DNA of 64,000 nucleotides from Prorocentrum cordatum (Eukaryota). The notes below the pieces were generated by a model. That model had not been told where the DNA came from, ran no database searches, and saw nothing but the letters and a program-made list of their open reading frames with translations. Shown in pieces: positions 21,071 through 31,338 of the stretch (positions within the stretch are counted from its first letter, which is position 1; every line of letters starts with the position of its first letter). Location: contig CAUYUJ010000015.1 of the NCBI GenBank assembly GCA_963575745.1, positions 372,001-436,000 of the forward strand, written 5' to 3'. The translations under genes were made by a program, and so were the position numbers.

Positions 21071-21825
21071 AGCAGCGGGGCGTCCCCGCGGCCCTCGAGA
21101 TCTTCGCTGGCTCCGGGCACCTGTCTGAGGTTTGGCGCCGATCCATGAGGTCGGCTGGCCACCCTGTTTTCGAGATCGACATACGGCACGGGGTTGAGCA
21201 TGACATGTGCAGTAAGGCCCTGGTCAAGCTTATTCGGGGCTGGGTCCGAGGTGGGCTCGTGACGGCCGTGTTCATGGGTACGCCGTGTAATTCCTTCTCT
21301 CTTGCACGGAACCGCCCTAACGGTCCCCCGACCCTCAGGACGTCCGAGTACCCCGAGGGCCTCCCCAAGCTCTCAGACAGCTGCCGCAAAGAAGTCGACC
21401 TCGGAAACTCCCTGTGTGCCGCGAGTTTCAGTATCTTCCGTGAGTGCCGTTTGCTCGGGTGCCCAGTGATCGTCGAGAACCCTGCGAGCTCTCATCTTTG
21501 GAGACAACCCCAGGTCCTCAAGGTTCGGCAGCTTCCTGGTGTTTCAGAGGTGGTTTTCGACATGTGCGCTTTCGGCACCATCTGGAGAAAATATACCCGA
21601 CTTCTTGGGTGTCACGTTGATCTTCGACCACTGGATATTCGATGTAGAGGCAAAGGTGTATGTACGTTCACTGGCTCCCCGCATTTTACCCTGGAGATGA
21701 AAGGCTCCAAGATCGTATCAAATCAGGCGGAGGTTTACCCCTTCTCTGTATGCCGAGCCATTGCGAGAATATTCCGTGCTGCTCTAGTGCAACAACGTGC
21801 TAATAAACTTCGGCCTCATGTTTGA
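21070..21825 (+). CDS. C5-cytosine DNA methyltransferase domain
   Basis: LEIFAGSG (motif I), FEID (II), GTPCNSFS (IV, catalytic PC), VENP (VI), DMCAFG..RKYT (VIII-like); stop at 21823-21825. Confidence 0.9.
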   Translation, partial: KQRGVPAALEIFAGSGHLSEVWRRSMRSAGHPVFEIDIRHGVEHDMCSKALVKLIRGWVRGGLVTAVFMGTPCNSFSLARNRPNGPPTLRTSEYPEGLPKLSDSCRKEVDLGNSLCAASFSIFRECRLLGCPVIVENPASSHLWRQPQVLKVRQLPGVSEVVFDMCAFGTIWRKYTRLLGCHVDLRPLDIRCRGKGVCTFTGSPHFTLEMKGSKIVSNQAEVYPFSVCRAIARIFRAALVQQRANKLRPHV

Positions 21826-21877
21826 GTCCAGAACGGTGTTCGCGGAGGTTTTACTGTTCCTGGGCTTTACACTGGTT

Positions 21878-21998
21878 CGGATTTTATACAGTACTGTTTC
21901 CTGGTCTGTACGTTGTCCCCTTCCCTGCAGTCTCGGGGGCAAGCACATCCCAACACAGATCGTGTCCCTGGCGACGGAGAAAACATCTGGCCATGCAT
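21878..21998 (+). repeat. Terminal repeat B1 (121 bp)
   Basis: Matches 22126-22246 with 2 mismatches. Confidence 0.95.
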
Positions 21999-22076
21999 TC
22001 GACTACTTCAGTAAGGGTTTGCTTGGAAGAGAGTTGCAGAGTGCGCCGCCCTGCCGCAACCGCGGGGCTCAAGCTT
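21998..22076 (+). repeat. Terminal repeat A2
   Basis: Identical to A1; abuts B1 and shares one T with it. Confidence 0.95.
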
Positions 22077-22125
22077 CCACCCAACCCTCCCTCCCTTCTG
22101 TAAAGCTGGCCGAGGCATTGGCAGG

Positions 22126-22246
22126 CGGATTTTATACAGTGCTGTTTCCTGGTCTGTACGTTGTCCCCTTCCCTGCAGTCTCGGGGGCAAGCACATCCCA
22201 ACACAGATCGTGTCCCTGGCTACGGAGAAAACATCTGGCCATGCAT
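22126..22246 (+). repeat. Terminal repeat B2
   Basis: Copy of B1, followed directly by (CCT)n. Confidence 0.95.
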
Positions 22247-25200
22247 CCTCCTCCTCCTCCTCCTCGTTCCTTCTCCTCCTCTTCCTCCTCCTCCTCCTCC
22301 TCCTCGTTCCTCCTCGATCCTCCTCCTCCCCCTCCCTATTCTCCCCCCCCCCCCCCCCCCGCCGAACGCCCCCAAGCCCACGAGCCCCGATCCGATCCGA
22401 GAGCCCTGCCCTCTGCCCTCCCCTGCGGCCGCCCGCCCGCCCCCCCCCCATCCCCCCCCCCTCGGGTGCCGCACCGGCTGCCGCCCATCCTCCTGGAGGA
22501 GGAGGAGGAGGAGGAGGAGGAGGAGGAGGAGGAGGAGGAGGAGGAGGGCAGAGCCGCATGGATGTCAAGGTCCGTGGGCGGCCGAGGACTCTTTTTGAGC
22601 CTCTGCTTCATCTGCGTGGCCTTGGGCGGACGAGTGTTGGCGGCGCGCGCGGGCGGGCGTGCGGGGGGGGGGGGGGGCAGCAGGGTCCGCCTTCTGAGAC
22701 GGCGGGGGGGGGCCTCTTCGAAGGAGGCGGCGGTGGTGCCTCTCAGAGGCGATCGGCCCCTTCTCGGACGATTCCAGGGAGTCTTCGCAGAGCACAAGGA
22801 GGACTCTGAGAGGCAAGGTGCGTTCTTAGAGGGTCCCACCCTCGTCCCCTTCCGCGAGCCGTCGCCAATGGTCGCTCGGATCTGAGCAGGGGGAAAACAG
22901 GACGGGCCTTTGGGCCCCGCCTCGGGCTGGGGATCCTCACGGAGATCGGCCAGGCCCGAAGAGATGCCACGCAAACAGCTGGGTCGAGAATTCCGTTCGT
23001 GGTGTTCTCCCTGGAGGTCTCCCGAGCTCCCCGGGGGCCCCCCTGGAGATCTCTGGGCGCCCCCAGGAGGCCTGGATGCGGCCGACGACCTCCACAAGCC
23101 CAGGTCCTCTGCAATCGGGACGCTGAAGAAAGAACCGCTCTGGGTTCAGGAAGGGCTCTGGTTTCTGTAGGCCGTTCCTCAGATCTGCGTCGGGGAACCG
23201 AGTCGGGGTTCACTGAAAGTTCGGCCAACATGCAACGCCTCCCGTTCTGCGACAGTGCCCCGGTGCAACGTTGTCAGTGGCGTCGTCGAGAATAGGGGTC
23301 GGCACTTCCTCAGCTCGAATTCGCAATGGCGCTCCCGCCTAAGACGTCTTGGTGGAAGCACGAAGCGGGCCAAAGCTTTCGTAGCGCCGATGTATGACAG
23401 CAGGATGACTGTATCCACCTCCTCGCGGACTACCTGCCAGACCTTATCTGAATACCCAAAGTTCGGGTTGTGGGGGGGGGAGTACGGTTTCCATATGTGC
23501 TTTGTCAACGTTCCCCGACGCCACTCCCCCCACACTGGGAACGGAGGAAAAACCAAGAAAACACAATGAAAGACCAAAACAAACAAAGAAATCAAAGGTT
23601 GGGAGCCGAAGAACAGCCAAACACCTAAGGAATAACACCCATACAAAAAATTGTCAGATAGAATTCCCTGGTCGACCGTCAGATTATATTAGAGTGGTTT
23701 TGCTTGTTTTTGTTGCTGTTTTGCTGCTTGGGTTTTTTTTTGGGGGGGTCTGATCCGTTTTCAGTTTCGTTCGGCCTCCACAAAAGGATGCCTATTGAAA
23801 ACGCGCAAACCGCCCAGGCCTGCATCGGGTCTGGCGTCCCTCCTCCTCCTCCTCCTCCTCCTCCTCCTCCTCCTCCTCCTCCTCCTCCTCCTCCTCCGCC
23901 TCCCGCGCTGCCGCCCTCCGCCCCGGCCGCTGCCCTCCCCGCTCGCTCGCCCCTCTCCGCTCCCGCTCACCCTGCATCCCCACGGCACCCGCTCCGCCCC
24001 CCGCCTCCCTCCCCCACTCCGCCCCGCTCCCTGCCCCCCCCCCCATCCCCCAGCGCAGCGCCCCCTCTTGCTTCCCGGGATCCACAGTCAGCTCCTCCCC
24101 CCCTCCGCCTGCAGCCTGGGCTCGGAACAACGGCGGGCAGCGACCCGCCCGCGTCCGCCCGTGCCTCCCAGGGGCCCGTGCCTCCCAGGGGACGCGCTCC
24201 GACAGAAAACGAGTAGTGAGCGGGAGGGCGAGCGAAGCAGGGGACCGCCCCCCCCCCCTTCACGCTCGGAGGCCCCGCGGAGCGGAGCGGCGGCGCGCGC
24301 TCCAGCCACCGCGCGATCAGCTCCAGGCGGCGGCCGCAGGCCCGCGCAGCAGGGCGGGGAGGGGCATGGCGGCTCGAGAGGCAGCCAGTTGGGCCCAGGC
24401 GTCCCAGGTGGGCTCAGAGGATCGCGCGGCATCGGCACTGCAGCGGCGCTGCGGCGCGATCCTCCGACCCCAGTCTGCTCGAACCCCGCTGGAGAGGCAG
24501 CCGGGGAGGCACCGCGCCCGTGACTGCAGCGGCTCAGAGGTGCGCGCGCTTCGCCTGGCCAGCGCTGCGCCGTTCGCCTCCGGAGCGAGGCGAGCGGCGC
24601 CGCCCGACGGCGTCGCCATCCTGCCGCTCGCCAGGTCCAGGTCCGCCGAGATCGGCCTCGCGGGATCTCCTGGTCCGGAGGTGGCCCGGCTGCTCGCTCG
24701 TGGTGTGCCAGTCGTGGGCTGCTCGTGTGCCCTGCCCTGCTGGTGTGGGCGCTGGTGCAGATGTCAGCCGATCTCTGGCAGCTTCGGGGCGCTAGGGCCG
24801 TCGTTTCGGGGGAACGCGCCAGCGTCGGTCCCGAGGGGCCAGGAAACCCCGCGATCCCCGCCTTCGCCTCTCCGAGCTCGCCACTGGCGTCGAGCCTTTA
24901 TTTTCGCGCGCGCGTGCTCTTGATGGGGGCCCGACGGTGTGTCGATAGCTTGTGAACGCTGTGCCTATTTTGCCGGCGACCTGTCAGTGGTGCCCCGATG
25001 GTGTCCCGTCGATTTGATTGGGTAGGTGTTTTGATGGTGGCCTGATGTTGGAGCGGAGGTGCCGCGATGTTGCCATCAAGCAAGTGTGAGTTATCGAAGA
25101 CGCCTACGGCGAAAGACCGCCGCCCTCTGCCTTTTTGGAAACGCCTATGTGGCCAGACGTTGGGACGAAGTCTTGCCGAGCTGTTGGACTTTGCGTTCCC

Positions 25201-25434
25201 CCAGACATTGTGGAAACCCTTGGAGGAATCACGGCGGGAAGGGGGACATGTGGAACTATTTGGCGGGCTCTCTCTCTCTCTCTCTCTCTCGTTATCTCTC
25301 TATATCTCTTCTTATATGTCTCTATCTCTCTCCCTCTCTTTCTCTTTCTCTTTTCTGCTCTACTTTTAACTCGTGTCCTAGTGGATCCCGAATGGATGGA
25401 CTAGTTGCGCAAGTTCGAAACACATGTGAAACCA

Positions 25435-26730
25435 CTACGCCGCGGCACTGGCTGGCCGCTTGTGAATGCGCCCCACATTGGGCGTGAGCTCCGAAAGGTC
25501 CACTCTCTCATTGGCCTGGGCGTTGGCCTGGGCAGAGTGGCGCATGCGAGGCGAGAACTTGAAGGGCGCCTTGTCTACCAAGTATTCACCGAATTCGCTG
25601 ATGACCTCGTGTTCGTCGAGGCTCTGCGTCATAGCCTGCGCCAACTGGGACGTAAACGGAGCGAAGACCTTGTACATCGTCGCAATGTTGGCAACCCAGA
25701 CCGCGCGCCGACGAGTCTTGAACGCGTTCCTACAGAAAGCTTTCAGCTGCCTATGGGACGCCTCGTTGCGGGTCGTGCCATATGACATCGTCGGAAAGAT
25801 TGTTCGCAACGTGTTGTCAAACATTCAGAGTCTAATCCAGACCGTTGCGGCGCTCGTCGCGTGTTGGAGACTGCTCATCACAGTCGCCTTGCCGTCCCCC
25901 GTTTTCCTCGTGAGCATGCCGTTGTGGGCCAAGCAAATGGCGTCCGAAACCACCCACGCATAGTTTAGCTAAGCAGCGCCTCGCAGCGCGCGAAACGCGG
26001 TTTGTTTTCCATTCGACGCCTTCTCCAGCTCCAATGCGAAGTGCATCAAATCCTTACAAACGCATTTAAGATGTGGGAAGACCTCGCGCAGCTTGGGAAA
26101 AGCTGTCCAGCTCGGCCGGCATACCAGAACACACCATCTCCACATCTCTCGGCTGCTTGGCAGCGCGTTCGGGAGGGCGCGCACAATATCACGTGCATGT
26201 TCGGAAGGCGCCCCCCTCGATACTGAGGGCGTTGTTTTGCGTGGAGCCGTCAGCAAAACACGGAGTGGCGCAGGGCCACCGGCCGCCGAGCCCTGCTGCT
26301 TCTGTCCGAGCGGGACTTCATATAGCACTTCCATTGGAGACTTGTAGAATCCATCTACCTCGAGCGCTCGGACATCGCAGCTGTTCCGGCGCCGCAGCAT
26401 CACGCTCCGAATGTTGGTGTGCGCTATGGTCTTCTCGCACAGTGTGTGGTAAACACCTCTCCTCGTTGGCATCTCATGAGCTCTGTCGCCAGATCTGGAT
26501 CTGAGGAACGACGTGAGTCTGTCTGTGGCCCCCTTCGTGAGCGGGTGGATCATGGCAGCAAGGACCGCGTTGAAGCACTCCGACGTGCAATTAGATAGAT
26601 TTGACACCTTGTGGCACGCGTTAGTGTCTACGCTCAAAATGTATCGAGTGTTCGCTAGATCCACCCGCGCAGCGCCAGGGCGCGAACAGGCGAAAATGCG
26701 AAAAAGGCAGAAAATGCAACGACATAACAA
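25435..26730 (-). pseudogene. Decayed DDE transposase, MULE-like
   Basis: LEVDGFYK (first Asp), CKDLMHF (C/DxxH) and GTTRNEASHRQLK (catalytic Glu, TxxxExxHxxLK), spread over stop-interrupted ORFs. Confidence 0.55.
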
Positions 26731-26949
26731 AAAATGGCATCCTGGAAAACCGTACGGAAAAGCGGTAACAACTCAGAACAACCCATGTTTTTGCCAGTTG
26801 CTTGCCGCTAAACCTTTGGAGACACAAGGCTTTGGCACCTCAGCGTCACGAAACCACGTGTTTTCACAGGTTTCGTGGAACCAGCTGGCCAAAACCTTGC
26901 TTTCCCTTTCGCTTTGCAATTTGTTCGCATGGATTTCTTGAGATATCCG

Positions 26950-27790
26950 TTTTTCACCCATCCATCCTGTGGTGTTGGGGGTTCGTTTTGAAGAGACAGC
27001 GCCGCGCGTCACTCACTCCTCCTCCCTCCTCCCTGCACCGCCCGCATGCGTCACCCACACCCATGCCAGCATACCCCTCACACGTTTCGTGGCCACACAG
27101 AGAGCTCCACCGAAGGCCCCAGTGCCACCGCCCGCATGCGTCACCCACACCCATGTCGGCACACCCCTTACATGTTTCGGCACACCCTTCGCACGTTTCG
27201 TGGCCCCGCAGGGAGCTCCACCGAAGGCCCCAGTGCCACCGCCCGCATGCGTCACCCGCACATTTCGGCACACCCCTCACGCGATTCGTGGCCCCATAGG
27301 GAGCTCCACCGAAGGCCCCATTGCCACCGCCCGCATGCGTCACTCACACCCATTTCGGCACACCCCTCACATGGTTCGTGGCCTCGTAGGAGGAAGCTCC
27401 ACCGAAGGCCCCAGTGCCACCGCCCGCATGCGTCACCCACACCCATGTCGGCACACCCCTGACACTTTTCGGGGCTCGATAGGGAGCTCCTCCCAAGGCC
27501 CCAATGGCACCGTCCACGTGCGTCTGCCACCCCAGTTCTGGCACACCCCTGACACGTTTCGTGGCCCCAAAGGGAGCTCCACCCAAGGCCCCAGTGGCAC
27601 CGTCCACATGCGTCCGCCACACTTATTTCGGCACACCCCTCACGCGCTTCGTGGCCCAATAGGGAGCTCCACCGACGTGCGTTCGCATGCGCCCACCGCC
27701 CACCACACCTATTTCGGCATACCTCTCACGAGTTTCGTGACCCCATAGGGAATTCCACCGACGGCCCCAGTGGCTGCTTTCGCATGTGCC
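26950..27790 (-). repeat. 90-bp satellite array with conserved terminus
   Basis: ggagctccaccgaaggccccagtg units; terminus at 26950-26999. Confidence 0.85.
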
Positions 27791-29666
27791 CACCAGACGG
27801 TAAGGCTGCCGCGATCAGGGACATCCAGAGCGGTTGCTGCGGACGGGTCCTGCAGGGCGACTTGGAGAAGGCCAACGGAACAGCCGCACTTCGGGGTCAA
27901 ATTTCGTGGTGCCCAGCCTCCGCAGAGGAGAAGGAGGAGAGGGAAACAGGAGGAAAAGGAGGAAAGAGGAGGAGGAGGAGGAGGAGGAGGAGGAGGAAAC
28001 AGGTGCGACGGGGAGAAGCTTTCTTTCAAAAACAGATTCGGTCAATATCCCTCCTGTTCTTCGGGCCGCCTTCGCCACAATATCCCATGTTGCTCTCACC
28101 CATGACCAGATTGCACTCGTGCGCCCTGATCTGGAACACTTGGTCAGGTGCGAACCGGGAAACCAGCAAACGTGGACAGCTGGCGGAAGAACATCGAGTC
28201 AAGCTTTCTGAATTCTGAGCACGTGCGATCAGATCCAGGACTACGGATTTCTTGGTGTTAAGGGCAACGCAGCTGCTATAGTGCATGTAGGGGTAGTCCA
28301 AATCGTCGTCGTCGTCGTGGTAAAAGCTGGAATTGATGTGTTGGGGATGGAACGGGGGAAAGTGGGTCCAACGTTACCGTTCGCTTGTTGAAGTTGGAGA
28401 TCCTTGCACCAACCACCTGGCACCAACCTTCCGCCGCCTTTCACCTCCATGCGCGCCCATTTCTGCACCCCAGACCTATCACCTCCTGAAACTTAGCGCG
28501 CTAGCGATAGAGAGCCTGACGGAACCACGAGGCGTGCGAGTAATGGCTGGGGCGCAAACAGCACGGAACTTGGCCTTTCCGTCCATCAGGACCGTCCCAT
28601 CATTTGCCTCCCGAAGGTCCCCCAGAGGCCTCCAGAGGCCCCAAAAGGGCAGGCAGCGTCCACGAAGGGCGTTGGCATTGGCGCTGGGCGTGTTGCTTGG
28701 AAGAGGCACTTTGCCAAGTGCCACCTCCTTGTCGTCTGGTGTTTGTCTGGCTTTCGCCATCCTCGCTCCCCCACCACCCTGCTCCTGCTTCGCCGCGCCC
28801 CCCCTTTCCGAGGCAGAGCGAGCCACATTGTGGGAAAAGAGGATGAGGAGGGCGAGGGGACAGAGAAGGACGAGGAGAATTCGTGAGGGGCTGAGGCGGC
28901 GCAGTGGCTTCGTTGCACCAGGGCTCAAGCGATTGCAGCTCTGATACCAAGTCTGCTTGGTTCCAGGGGCGGCTGAAAATAAAGTTCTGTACGAATCTGG
29001 AGGGATTCGCTCTCCACCGCCGACCAAGCACGGATGGACTCGTGGTTTCGCGGCTGTCGTGTCGGCACCGTGGGAGCATTGGATTGTGTAGCCGTGTCCT
29101 GGGCGTGTGTGTTCACGTCTCGTCTGGCGTGGCTGGTGGATTCGCAGCCTAGTGACCGTCAAGCTGTAGTAGCCTATGGGTTCGCTTGGGGCTGTCTTGG
29201 ACCATCTTGGGCCTTTAGGGGGGACCTCTTCGAACATCCTGGGGCTGTCTCAGGGCCAGATTGGGGCAATCTCGAGGCCGCATTACGCCTCGGTGAGAGC
29301 CCTCAGTGCGGAAGCCAGTACAGAAGGATTTGTGCCGCGACAGACCGTCCACAATGGAAGTGGCACTGTGGGCCCAAGGTGGTAGTGCTACCAACAACTG
29401 CTCCAGTCTTAAGTATTTTCATGCTGGATTCAAGAGCCTTAACTTGTGCAGTAAGAAGTATGCTGTGAATCTCCATGGGCACCTACAAGCACAACACACG
29501 AACACATCACAGCACCTTGGTGCTCAACATTCAAGAAGCAGGCACGTAGACAGGCGCTCTTCGACCTGAGCTTCGCACTCTGTCAGCCCCACAAGTGGGC
29601 TAGCGGAATTTCCCTGCCCATCGAACTGACACACTCCCTTTATTGGAACTTTTCGTTAGTATCATC

Positions 29667-30251
29667 ATGATGCGTGTCTTGACCGCGGCAGCGGCGCTGC
29701 AGCTAGGCTCTGCCCTTGTAAAATTTCACGCCAAGGAGGACCACCTCCTGGGGAACCGCCCCGGAGCATCATCTCAGAACAACCAGGAGGAGCGTTTCCC
29801 AGAACAGGTGTTCATGACCGACAGCAAGCCGGCTGCTCAGGATGAGACAGCGGTGGCGATCGAGGCAGAGATGCTGGAGGCGATGGCCGATGCCAAGGCC
29901 CAGCTTGAGGTCCCAATCACTGCCAATGCTGAGGTGATCAACAAGGGAGAGGATGGAGTCCATGCTAGGTTGGCGCAGGGGGGCAAGGAGCTGAAGAAGA
30001 TCGAGGGCACGACCGCGATTCAGGATGAGATAGCAGCGGAGATCGAGGCAGAGATGTTGCAGGCTATGGCCGATGCTCAGGCCTGGCCTGAAGTCTCGAT
30101 TACAGGTGACAAAGTTCATGCCAATTTGGCGCAAAGGTTCAATGAGAGGAAGAAGATCGTAGGCAAGCCCGCTGCTCAGGACGAGGCAGCAGAGATCGAG
30201 AAGGAGATCCTGCAGGCCATGGCCGATGCAAGACTGGGCCCACGTGCCTAG
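29667..30251 (+). CDS. Candidate secreted protein (194 aa) with three acidic helical repeats
   Basis: MMRVLTAAAALQLGSA resembles a signal peptide; 3x QDE.A.(E)IE.E.L.AMADA; coding-like codon usage. Confidence 0.65.
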   Translation: MMRVLTAAAALQLGSALVKFHAKEDHLLGNRPGASSQNNQEERFPEQVFMTDSKPAAQDETAVAIEAEMLEAMADAKAQLEVPITANAEVINKGEDGVHARLAQGGKELKKIEGTTAIQDEIAAEIEAEMLQAMADAQAWPEVSITGDKVHANLAQRFNERKKIVGKPAAQDEAAEIEKEILQAMADARLGPRA

Positions 30252-31338
30252 GTTCCTGGCCTGACGCGCCTGACGCCGCACCCTCTGACTTCGCCGGGCC
30301 CCTGTCACAGACGGCGTACTTACAGCGATAACAGGGGGGGATTTGAGAAGGAGGAGGAGACTGGCGGCGGGACAGAGGTGGATGCTGGTGGTGGTCATTG
30401 AATCGAGGAAAAAAGTCTCGAGCCGAGCTGCACACACCACCGTCACGATCACGACGCCGCCGACGACGACGATGACGGAGACGAGGCGCACATACGAGCC
30501 GCACCAAAGCGCGCATCCGGGAAAGGGCCGAATTTGCATGGTTCGGTACGCAGCACATCGTTGAGCGGTGCTGCGGCCTCCCCGATTACGGCCCCCGATT
30601 ACGGTGCCCCCCCCTGGAGCAGCAGCCAGACACTTCGGGACTACCTTGTTGAGCCAGGGGGCGCGCTTCAGCACCTTCGACAGGGCCACCGACAGCGGAG
30701 AGCACGGCCATGGCCGACGCGTCCAAGAGCTGCGAAGCTCTAAGCGCTGCGGCTTAGAGAGCCAAGAAGACAGAGAGGCACTGAATCGCAGCGCGTGTCC
30801 GTGTGCGGCCGACGGGGCGGCCCCGCTCCCCCCATGGGTCGTGGGCAAGACCCTCAAAGCAGGAGCCCGCCCAGCTGGGGGGTCCGAGGTTTCGCCGCGT
30901 CGCCGCCTCGTTGCCGCCTTGCTGCCGCCCACTAGTGGGGTCCGTCGAGGAATCGCCGCGTCGCCGCCCGTTGCTGCCCCGTTGCCGCCCGCTGCGCTTG
31001 GGGGCCCGTCGGAGTTTCACAACGTAGCTTGCACCACGCAGATTGCATCACACAGCTTGCGCCACTTAGATTGCCTCACATAGCTCACCACGTCCACAGT
31101 GCAACAGCAGACTGCTTGGGATCCACGCTGGCTTACATGCAATGTTACGACTTGCCCCACTGCGCTGGTGAGAACTAATCGCCTCAGTTGCTCAAGCGCA
31201 CGCCTTGCAGCCCAGTGGCTCCCGCCAGGGGGGCAGCGGCGGGAGCGCAGACGCAGCGCATGTTACAAAGGATCGTGTTTCCAGGAGTAGAGACCTGGCG
31301 TCTTTTGCAGAGGTGGCCCTGGCAGTACTGATCTGGTG

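Larger units (their letters stand above)
15467..22246 (+). mobile_element. Full-length tyrosine-recombinase retrotransposon (DIRS order, split-direct-repeat type) carrying a C5-DNA methyltransferase
   Basis: A1...B1-A2-spacer-B2 termini; gag-like, RT/RNaseH, YR and DNMT coding; no TSD. Confidence 0.93.

Noticed and set aside
19624..21825. 733-aa ORF as a genuine YR-N/methyltransferase fusion
   Set aside because: It results from the 4-bp duplication at 20458-20465; the YR catalytic half lies in another frame.
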